NCBI GenBank assembly: GCA_002269645.1
Contig: NIVC01002088.1
Location: forward strand, 62,001-126,000
DNA: 64,000 nucleotides
Source of the DNA: Macrostomum lignano
Lineage: Eukaryota
Reading direction: 5' to 3'
In this document: in pieces, positions 53,701-64,000 of the stretch
Layout: every line of letters begins with the position of its first letter
Position numbering within the stretch: the stretch's first letter is position 1
The notes under the pieces: model-generated
The model's database searches: none
Told to the model about the DNA's origin: nothing
What the model saw: the letters and a program-made list of their open reading frames with translations, nothing else
Translations under genes and position numbers: made by a program

Positions 53701-56700
53701 GCTTGAGTTCGTTAGTGATGAGGCCTTTAACTTTGCCCTATACCTGTACGGGAACGGCTACTTTGATGTGTACCTTCCTTGCGTCTACACTGTCACTGGC
53801 TTCATTATACAAGGCTCATCCATGACTTATCCTTACTATGGGCGCTTCGTTTCCTTGCGCATTCTGTACGCCTACGAGAAGCGCCACGATATGCTGACGT
53901 ACTACAGGGACCTGGAGACTAACGGAGCCGTAAGTCTCATAAATTGATTAGCCTCTTTATGACCAGGGCCGGCTATACTTAAGCGTAGGATTTTGCTTTA
54001 AATATTGATGTTCCTTCACTGCTCTTCACTGTGTGTGTGAACAGTGCATAGACTATCAGAAAAGTTTTATGACCAGCTTTCAGAGAGAGGCTTTAACAGG
54101 AGGTATCATGAGCTGTCAGGACGGCCTTGCTAGAAGATCCGCAAGGTCACCTTCTTATTCTTGACTGGTGGTAAGTAGACGCGAATATGGCTGCTCCGGG
54201 GTTCTGAGCGTCCTAAAAACAGATCAAAATCTGTGAGGAGATTCAGGATCTCTATTTAGGTTAGTCGAGGCCGCAAGTTCTGCAGGTTGAGCTGCAGGAT
54301 GTGCACTCCCAGGAGTCCATGGGTGATCCGCGCTGCTGCTTGGTGGTTCAGAGCGAGTTTTGCAGTGGAACTGATTCTCTCCCGACTCACTGATGAGCTT
54401 CAGTTCCTTGGGCTCCTATCATGTGGTTTCCTTTGTCGAGTTGTTGAGAACAGGGCTGCCAAAGAGGCAGCGGAAGCGTTTTTTAGTCCGGTTTTCCGGG
54501 GTAGCCGCAGTTGTGTATTTAAGCTGTTGAGGTTTTGGTCCTTGGCGGTTTCCAACAGCTGTTTCGCGCGCTGAGTCAGGCCGGAGCGAATAGTATGTAG
54601 CTATTTGCTACGAGTTTAGAGTTATAGCGCTCAGTGAAGAGTATATTTTTGTTAAATCTTAGAGCTGAAGGCTTACTGCGAAGCGTACAGTATAGTTTAA
54701 CTTTACTGTCTATGGTTGGTGTGTTGATGCCAATAGATGATGGGAAGGAAACGGAAACGAAAATCAAGTATATACGGGCGTAATAATGGCTAAGCGTTCT
54801 AGGCCAGCTTCTGGGATCGTGACGCAGGAGCTCCTCTTCTTGGGGGATCTCCGGGTGCGGTGAACGAGTGGTGTCGGATTCAGAGCTACCTGGGCTTTGG
54901 ATTAGCATCAGCCCGGTCGAGACTTAGAACATGTTCCGGGTTGCGGAACGTCCAGGTATTAGATATTCTGAAGATGGCCGTCTCCGCCTCACTTGGAGAT
55001 GGTCTCATGGACCACGACGCCATTTGCCGGCAGGTCCAAATTATTTTCCAGCAGCAGGCGGCGCAGTTTGTAGGCGTTGCCGAAATTCAGGCACGATGCC
55101 CTTGTGTGCGGCGTCGCTCGTTCTTCCTGAAGTTGGATAAGGTACCCAACTTCGTACGCTCCCCAGTCGAAGGCTTTCAACATCTCAAGGAGCTGCTACT
55201 ACCCAGACTGGCTGTGGGCGGGCTGGATATCGGGGGCTTGGTCCTCTACACTCGTCTTCAGGACTTAAAGTGTGGTGCTGCTCAGGGCCAGCAGCCCGTT
55301 CTACCCCCTGAACCCCATGAACCGAGAAACTCTTCGGCTGCTAAGAGCCGAACCAGAAGTCAAAAGTTTGTCCCCAGGGGTCTATCCGTGCAGTGCTACA
55401 CTGGGCCTTCACGGACTACAAGTAAGTCAAGTAAGTAGTCCGTGTGGACCCTTAAGTGAAACAGGGAGGCTGTCTCCGGAGCCTGTTAAGTTCAGATGGT
55501 AGAACCTGTTCCTCAGAGCTGAGAAGGTGAGGAGGTACATGCTGCTCACAGATTCACTTCCAAGATAACTCGGATTTCTGGCGAAGATTGGCCTCTAGGG
55601 CGTCGCTTAGGCAGTGGAAAGTGCGGTACCCAACCGCGGCCAAGACAGAAGCCAAGGCTACGAATGGGTTGCCGCCCCGGAGCCCAGTCAGTTTAGCTAC
55701 TCTAGGGCTGCTTGAGCACATGCGGGACGTAAACCCCTGGGTCGGCTTGTGAGCCAGCTTAGAAAAATTTCTCCGGCCATTCCTGCACTGCAATAGAGGG
55801 CATGCTCATAAGACTACACAGGCGTTCCGAGCCCACCGTGCATGTGACTGAAGCTAGAGAGTTCATTTTTAATCAGCACCAACTGCTTCTAAGATTACTG
55901 AGTTTTACACTAAATATCAGATAGTTTTAGGTTCTCATTTTCCTATCGTAATCGTCTCTAGCTTTAAATTTTTCGTATTAAATCAACAGATAAGCTTCGA
56001 TGGACCACGGGACGAGGTCGAGCGGCGAAAGGAAGTTTTCACCAACCCGTTTCAAGCACAAATCGTGAGAGTGGACACTCTGTCATCGACTGGCCGCACA
56101 GCCATCAAGTTCGATCTGCTCGGCTTTCCAAATGACACCAGTAAGGATAGCAAAAATGGGTTTGTTTTTGTTACAGAAACTATAAATCAGTGTTAATATT
56201 ACAGACAGCACCCAGATTCCGGAGGAGCATATGGACAAGACGATGGTGGACAGCTCAACGCTGCGGGTGACATTGAAGTACTTCTACCACCTGAACTTCA
56301 TGCAGTTCAATAGAAAGTCAGCCGGTCTTCTCCGGTTCTATTTGAGCTTTGAGGAGCTGGCTGGAGAAGATGAGGTCTTCAAGGTGTACAACACAACGTG
56401 GATGGTACGACCATCGTCTTTTAATCTTCTTATGTCTTGTACCTTGGCACTAGTTATTTACCTAGATACTTTTAACTTGATTGCAGTTTAATGTCCAGTC
56501 TGCAAACCAAAGTCTGTACTTTCCACAAGTTCTGCAGCCGCTCAAGCTGACATTCCACATTGTCAATGGCAGCCTGTCTCCTGATGAGCTGAGCCTGCTC
56601 GGGAAGATGACCAACGACTGCCCGGATGGATTTACCCCGCATTTTGACGTTTGCTTGCGAACCATTACAGTGGCGGCAACTCAAGAAGTGGCGCAGAAAC

Positions 56701-59700
56701 ACTGCCAAAGCTATCGGTGGGCTGGACAAAGGGGAAAATTATTCATGCCGAAGGACGCCATGAAGATGAACTTCATCCTGGGGAAGTTGTAAGTTGAACT
56801 CTTTGTTTTAGTCTGTGCTGATGCAAAGTCATTAGCACAATTTTAATTCTATCCAACTATAGTTCTAAATTGCTACCAATGAATTGCATGAATAATTGCT
56901 CAATTGTACCTTGCTGTTATTGCAGCTACAATTGGGAGTTGCATGTTGGTGTCAGGAGAAACGCAAGCACCGGCATCTGGGAATGGTTTGATGGAGAGCC
57001 GGTCAGCGATGGATCTTGGGCTGCTGAGAAGGCAGGGAACTTGTATGCGGTGTGGCGTCCTTGGCTCAACGGACTGACTCCATATTCGACTGCCTCAACT
57101 CGCCTTTACTTTGTGTGCGAATTACCTCTCTTCAAGCGTAAGTTGAACGAACATGCTCCCAACAACTGTCTAAAAAGAGGTCTTTTATTTTTATTCTACT
57201 TCTAATAAGAATAGTTGCATCGTACTTTAATTCTTTGTAATCTTTCAGGACCAAATATGTGCACGAAGGGACCACTAGTTTACTACATGCACCCGGGAAT
57301 GTGTTCGGGATGCAACGATGACTTTTGGTGGAGCACTGAGACTGATCACAACCAGAGAGTGGCGCACAACGACCTTCTATTTGTGGACGACTTCTTCAAA
57401 AATCAATCAACCAGTTTCCGGTCCGACACCAACAAAGTCTGGATTTTCACCTCAAATCCTCTATCGTCTCCACCCCAACTCTCAGCATCGAACACAGTTC
57501 AACATTTTCCCTGTGTTAAACACGGTAAGAAACTGAAATAAATCATGTCACTAATAGCGTGTCCCGTATAAATAAGGACAAGATACCGAATTTTAGACTG
57601 CATGCAATCACTGCTTCCTGGAATTCCTGGAAAGTTGACGGCCTCACTGAGCGGCCACGGCCGGTCGTCCTTCAACAAGCCCGAGGATGCAATTGTGGGC
57701 AACGCAGTTCGCACGGGAGGTAAAATTACTTGAAACTAGTAATTCAAAAAGTATGAGAGAAACATGTCTGCTAGATTCTTATATTTTCAGTTCCGTGCGT
57801 GCACAGCAGGGGAGATCATGCATACTTCATCCACGACCTCAATGTAACCAGGGAAGGCATCGCTTGTGCCCCGTGGACTTCAGGAGTTCCCGCAAGTCTG
57901 AACTACGGCTCGCAATGCATAAGCCGTAAGAATTATTTGGCCTGCTCGCCATCAATTCAGTTGTGTGCATTACATTCAGAATAAAGTTTTCAGTGCCTAA
58001 TTTTACTCATTTAACTATCAGGGTCAACATCAGAACAGCCGCTCTGCAATAAAGTTACTGGTGGGATTGGGACATGCATAACAGCTAGTTGTTGTAAGCT
58101 TATTTGATAATGAATTTTATTTTGTCCAATTTCTGGATCGAGCGAGTGAAATACAACTGTACCAATTTCTTTACTTTCAGTTCACTACTACCACCCGAAT
58201 GTTGCGGAGCTGCAGGGCCACAATGCTGCTATCTACAAAACAATTTGGTTTAACAACAGAGAAGTGTCCAACACCGCCACATCTGGCGGTTTTCTCAACA
58301 TTGACACCAACAATCAGGCATCGTATGTGGATGCTACTGAATACTATTATGTTCTGGTGGACCTGAAGTTGCTGCATACAATTTCGGGTGTCGACTTCCA
58401 GAGCCGTGAGAAACTGCCTTCAATATTTACTAACGCATCATCGGCACTTATGCCCATTTTAAATGCCTCACATCCCGTCTCATCCCACACGGCCCACAGC
58501 AACCAGTGGCCAATACCCGATACACGTGCGCGTCAGCAGCAGCTATGACTCATCTCTGGGAGAGCGCGCCTTTATCAACTGGCCTCTGTGCGACTCGCTG
58601 GAGCTATCCGTCAGTGGCCTCACCGAGTACAGCTTCACCTGCTCCAGCGTCATGCTTGGTCGATTTCTCGTTCTCACCAAGTCAGCTGATTTGGGTTTCT
58701 TTCGAGTTGATCAAATCTTTGTGTTCGCAGAGGAGTGTAAGCTTGAGTTAAATTTAAAAGTATTTTTTGCCTAATATACGCAACTTAATTTTTGTCATGC
58801 TTAAATCCACTTTTACGAGCTATGTACGGCTACAATATTCTACAAATTAGTACGGAGGAAAGATATGAGCGTAAAATGCGAATTAAAAGTGATAAAATTC
58901 AAGGAATACAAGATGCTAGGTACAACTAATAGTGCAAGGAATTACAACCCAGAAAGTGATTTTCTCAAAAACAAAGTACAACGTGTTCTGTTAGAAACCC
59001 GTATTGCATGGTGTGGTATGATTCTGCACTGTTTATGCAGCCAAAGTTGGTAGAGTCCGAGAACATTTAGGAAGTCTAAATATTTTTACTTTATTCACTA
59101 TCAGACTCAAAAGTGCATCGTATGCATCGTATGTGTTGTTAACATGCTTCCGAGTTGCTTTCTAACTCTCACTGGTGCTAAAATATAGTAGAGCATAAAT
59201 TGTAATGAAATTAGAAATTATTTATTAATAATCGAAGCGGTATTTTTTCTCTCTATCCTCAGACTATCACTACGACTCGGAGGTGGACATGCGAGTCAGT
59301 TGGATGCCGGATGAGACGATCTCGAAGGCTCTGCAGACTAACAATGTCACATTCAATTTGCTCATTCGCAACAGACTGGCAAAGATCTGGTTCACCGATC
59401 AGTATGGCTACTTGGAGGCCATGACCAATGTAGGAAACAAGTTCTTAATGTCCAATTTTCATGCCAGTAAAGTACTCATTTCCAAAAAACCAGTCAATAC
59501 TCATGCATTCCAGCCTCGCTACGTGCTGATGCTGCAAGGAGACGGAGCGAGCCTGATCAAATATGTCGGAGGGCAAATCGAGAACAAAGACTACTCTGTG
59601 AACAGCCCGGCCGCATATGTGCTCGAAATGCTGAACAGCTCACTCAACCGGACAGCAACTCATAATACTCAGGACTTTGCCAAGGTCTGCATCACCTGGA

Positions 59701-62700
59701 CAACCGACGACAATGCAACCACGTTTTTCACTTACGTAGATGGCCAGCTGATTGGTCAGTCAACGGACTTCCGTCACGCCATCCCGATCAGAAAAATAGG
59801 CTACTCAAACGACGTATACAGCACTGGCACAAGCATACAGATGTACTTTGATGTGAGGAGCACAAAGACCCTGTCAACGTATCGGCCACAGTACTACTTC
59901 CACCAAGAACGAGTATATCTACAGGTAAATCTATTTCATATTTGGCTTTGTTCCCTACTGGCATACTTGAGCACTCTGCATTGTTGCATTTCTAGGCTAC
60001 TTTTGACAAGTTTGTGAAGCTGCAGTGGATAACACTGCAGGGCGGTTCAGGCATCAACGTGGTCTCTGATGCATGGACCACCGTGCTCAGCTACTATATA
60101 TACTACAGTGAGAATGCACGGTACTGGAGATCGCTTTACAATGGAATGGTAAGTAGTGATGAAGGCGTTTTAATTGCCTGTACACCATTTTTGCCACGAT
60201 TTCTTGCGGAAAAAATTTACCTGCTTGCTTTTCCCTAAAATCTATGATTGTGAATAATTGAATGTTATAGAAATCATTCTGGCACATAATTAATATCCGT
60301 CTAATCCGCAAGCGGAACTCTAGTCGAAATGTAGTATAGCTCGTAGTGTAGGAGTGCATGATTCCAGCAGGCTGAAGAGGCTTTGCGCACTCCTGCTTTT
60401 GCCATTGATGCACGCAATTTGCAATTGAGGCACGCAAAACACCAAAACTTACCCACTCACTCACTCACTCCAGCTTCTAGTTGGTCCACGGCAGACTCGC
60501 CAAGCAGCCAGTTTGCGGTTCCTACCGGATCTGCTGACCCTGGCTCTCAGAGTGTGCCCGTCTGCTTATCAAACACTAAATGAAATGAAGCTGCAGCTCT
60601 ATGGATGCCCATATGGTATGCGATTTTTGGCCTCTATTAATTTAGATGTTTTTTATTAACAATAATACAATAATACTAACTTTTTTCAGAGACCAAAGGT
60701 TCAACACTGCCCTACATCGTATCAAACTTCAAGTGGCGAATCCACAGCTCTGGAAGTTATCCTGAGAGAGGCAACGATGGAGACGCTCACATGTTTTATA
60801 ACTATAATCAAGCCTTTGCTACGAACTTGCAAGACTACAGTGACCCATATCATTTTTGGATGATCTCGTTTGGCTATCCGACAGTAATTAAGCGAATTCG
60901 AGTCGTTGACCTGATTGAAGAGCTAGGTAACACAGGCTGATTGCTAGTAGAGTTGAATTCTCAAAATCACCACAGTGCATTATCCATGCTGACTCTCTTT
61001 CAACAGATGAATATGGTGGAGACGTGTGCGGCAACGCAGCCAGTCGGACGAGCTACTTTGGTCGGCAGAATGTGACGTCATCTGGATACACTTGTCAGAA
61101 GTGGGGAACTAGCAGTCCGCATGCTCCGAATTCCGACTGTCAATACGCTGGCTACTTTCCAGCCAGCAATATAACTGCTTCCGAAAACTACTGCCGCAAC
61201 TGCGACAACACAAACAGATTTTGGTGTTACACAACAAATCCAAGTGTCACACTGGATACATGCCAGATCTCTAGCTGCTCTAGGACCAACTTGCGCTACG
61301 GTGGGATTCAACTAGCTGATCCCGATTATCCCGATTTGGGATCCGCTCTCTAAAGGGTCATCTATTTGTATTTGAATTCCTTTTTCTTCTCTTTGCAGAC
61401 TACGAAGAGTTGGATTTCGCAGAGATCTTCGTGTCGAACTCGTCATCCATCACGCATTCCAGCGTACAGGTCATTCAAAGCCGAGGCAGCGGCTATCTGA
61501 GAGAGCACGTGTGGGCTGTTGACATCGACAAGGTGAGAATAAAGGTAATATGCAATATGCGAGATCAGTTCTTGCTCTGCGACTAAAGTTTCTGCCTGGG
61601 AATTTTAGGTCGCAAACTATGCTGGAATCCGCAAGGTGTCGGACTACAGAAGGCGACTCAGCTTTGCCGAGTTTGAAGCCTACGGCTTTCCGGCTGTTGG
61701 TAAGTGAAGAGCAATTTTTATCGAAAAATCCTAACAACGGTCGAGTAGGAACTGATCGATTCAAGCAAAATGGGCTGGTTCGATGGGCCCCCTTTCCTAT
61801 TGGAAGGCCGTACAGTTGTCTGCTGCGCACTGCTTTTCAAATCAGCGACGAGTGAATCACTAGCACTGTCCTAAAATGAGGGGTCATGTACTGAAAAAAA
61901 CTTTGCTCTGCAAAAGTTAGTCGAAAAAAATTCGCACGGAATGACCCAAAGTTGAAAGCGTTTTACGTTTTACATTTTTCGTTAGATAATAAGTTCTTAA
62001 ATTAAGCGAGATAATATTATTCATTTTCTAAGACTTACTTCCTTCTCATCATTTTCATTCAAATTTACTTGGTCTGGCTCTCCTGCAGTGTGCACAATAC
62101 GACTGCAATTCGGAGAATATACTTTAATGAAAGACCTTACCTCAATTATTCTCTAACTGCTTTCTTTTCAGGTCAGCTGCATTTGCTTGGCAATCCCATC
62201 GGCATGGAGGACGGCATTATTGAGGTGAACCAGCTGGACCCGCAAGCAACTCCGCTACCATCAAACGCGGATCCAAGTCAGTACCCGTCACCGTACATGT
62301 TTCGGCTCAACACCCCAAAGAAGCCTCGGCAGCCTCCTGGCATGTTCTTCTACTCCGGTGAGTGGCAGAAGTGCTTCCTGTGTTGATAATTTCAGATATC
62401 GAATATGCTCATGAAACAGTGATGAAATCTTGACTATTGCATGGCTGAATCTCACAAGAGAAGCTCACAACTGTTTCAGAATACCCAATAAACATCTATC
62501 TGACTGTGAGTCACACCATCCTTGGATTCGTGATCCAAGGCTCATCAATGATGGACAGAACGAATTACTGGCGAGCCTATGTGAGGAGCTTCAAGATATT
62601 CTACGGCGATGACCCGAGAACTCTGGTTCCAGTGAGGTCTTATCAGACGAGCAACAGCTACGTTGATGTAAGATGACTTTTTGATCGAAATCAGTTCGTA

Positions 62701-64000
62701 TTTCTACGCTAAAGACTCAGGTTCTTAAAATGCAGTGCTTTGTTATCCATTGCAGCACCAGTTCAACCAGTACTACAACGACATGATGCAGCTTCGAATG
62801 GATGTCTCAGTGCCATTCAAAGCAAAAATAATTCAGTTCCGTCCCGTCAGTTATTACAACAGACGAGTGGCGAAGCTGGAAATCCTTGGCTATCCGGATG
62901 GTGAGACTCGCAATTATTTCTCCCATTTTACCTTGATAAGTCAAAGTACGTTGATCCAATGGTTCATAGTAGTAATTCATGCAATTTGTTGTTCTCATTT
63001 CCCGCAGATTGTGGTCTAATTTCTGGTGACCAGGCAACGCTGTCAAGCCCAACGTCAAACACAAGGAACTTCTATTCAAGGACTTTTACCATTTCTCGGG
63101 CTTCTCGTTGAACACAAGCGGTGACCCAGTGAAGTTCCTAATGCAGTACAGGCACATGCGCACCTGGCAGCTTGTGAACTTTACAGTTCTCGGGGAAGCA
63201 ACGGTTCGTCCTTGTCGCTGATCAGCTTACAAATATGCAAATTCGAATACAAAGTATTTACTCTAATAATAAGCTTACAACTCACTCTCCCACTGCAGAT
63301 ATTTGCATCATCCAACGGACGCCACCAAGCCCTGCCGCACCTGATCCGAACAAATGAGATTCGCATTGTCATTCTGAACGGTTCCGCATCGACGATGTCC
63401 GTTCTGTTCCGAGGCTGCATGATCAAAGAGGGTACGAGCTCGTAGGCACTGCATGACTGTGTTTTCAGAGTTTCGTTCATGCTTTTATACCTGTCGTTTA
63501 ATAGGATTCCAAGTAGTAAACAAACAATAAAGTAGATGTACAAGTTGCGTCGTCATTATAATATCCAGAATGCCCGTTCGGCTTCTTCCGGCACAAGGAC
63601 AGCTGCTTCTGGGTTCCCTACGGCATGAACAGCTCATTCCCTCACACGGTCGCGCCGCCGATGCTGGCCAAAGAGATTTGCGAGTCAATGCACTGGAACG
63701 GCAGCGCACATTTGGCCAGTCCGAAGACCGTGCTGGAAAACCAGCTCTTCTACTACATGTTCTACAACTCCATCACCAGGTACGAGAGTATTTATGTCTA
63801 GTATCTTTGAGCATATTGAAATATATATAAACATACGAATATAAGAGGACAGAAAAATGTATCGCTCGTTGCTTAAATCTTCAGTGGTCAAAATCTGCAC
63901 AAGTTTGTCCACATCGATGGCCAGTACAATCGATCATCCGGTCAGTGGAAGTGGTGGGATGGAAGTCCAGTTGACTGGAAGTTCTGGCGCCACAGCAGTC
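41484..64000 (+). CDS. Copy B: tandem paralogue of the same giant gene; runs off the window; frameshift near 63071; 5' end unresolved
   Basis: Exon-for-exon match to copy A from 47578 (=A 216) to 64000 (=A about 18364), with equal exon lengths where checked (154, 172, 237, 294 nt). Confidence 0.88.
54000..55860 (-). mobile_element. Decayed non-LTR retrotransposon fragment (ORF1-like remnants plus start of an AP-endonuclease ORF2)
   Basis: Minus strand gives HILQLNLQNLRPRLT*IEILNLLTDFD (about 54221-54310; APE N-terminus-like), LRRLLLENNLDLPANGVVVHETISK (54989-55183; LINE ORF1-like) and a PHD-like H-C..W-x-C remnant (about 55540-55640); stops present. Intron is 2,060 bp versus 229 bp in copy A. 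Ends approximate. Confidence 0.55.
60452..60471. repeat. Short (CACT)n run forming the pyrimidine-rich tract before a 3' splice site
   Basis: ccactcactcactcactccag immediately before the copy B exon starting 60474. Confidence 0.6.
61007..61300 (+). CDS. Kringle domain exon (copy B)
   Basis: CGN..YFGRQNVTSSGYTCQKW..ENYCRNCDNTNRFWCYTT..CQISSC; 294 nt, as A 15753-16046. Confidence 0.93.

Noticed and set aside
55850-55966. 10-bp inverted pair (aagctagaga / tctctagctt) and small hairpin at about 12640-12664
   Set aside because: Too short to distinguish from chance; no TSD or Helitron end pattern.
47578-64000. Copy B as an allelic haplotig or assembly duplication of copy A
   Set aside because: Many exons differ by about 30% in protein and most introns are unalignable, too much for alleles; local collapse in identical patches remains possible.

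Overview
Eukaryotic (invertebrate-type metazoan) genomic DNA with GT-AG introns; no rRNA, tRNA or CRISPR seen. The window holds two head-to-tail paralogues of one giant + strand gene. Copy A (begins before base 1, ends 39920) can be spliced by hand through about 77 exons (about 23.4 kb coding, about 7,800 codons). It encodes a polycystin-1-family (PKD1L/REJ-like) membrane protein: PKD repeats, REJ, GAIN/GPS, PLAT, 11 TM polycystin channel region and a coiled-coil-like tail. Its ectodomain is extended by a large array of F5/8C (discoidin), C-type lectin, F-type lectin, kringle, PAN-like, LamG-like and fibrinogen (FReD) modules, partly built from a repeated multi-domain super-module. Copy B (about 41484 to beyond 64000) repeats the same exon series. 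The copies differ as a patchwork: some exons or tracts are nearly identical (sometimes exon-only, sometimes including introns) while neighbours are about 30% diverged in protein, which suggests gene conversion. Each copy has one 1-bp deletion that the other lacks (5346; 63071). Introns hold micro/minisatellites, a foldback inverted repeat and a decayed non-LTR retrotransposon. All exon boundaries, counts and identities are hand-derived. The taxon cannot be fixed from sequence alone.
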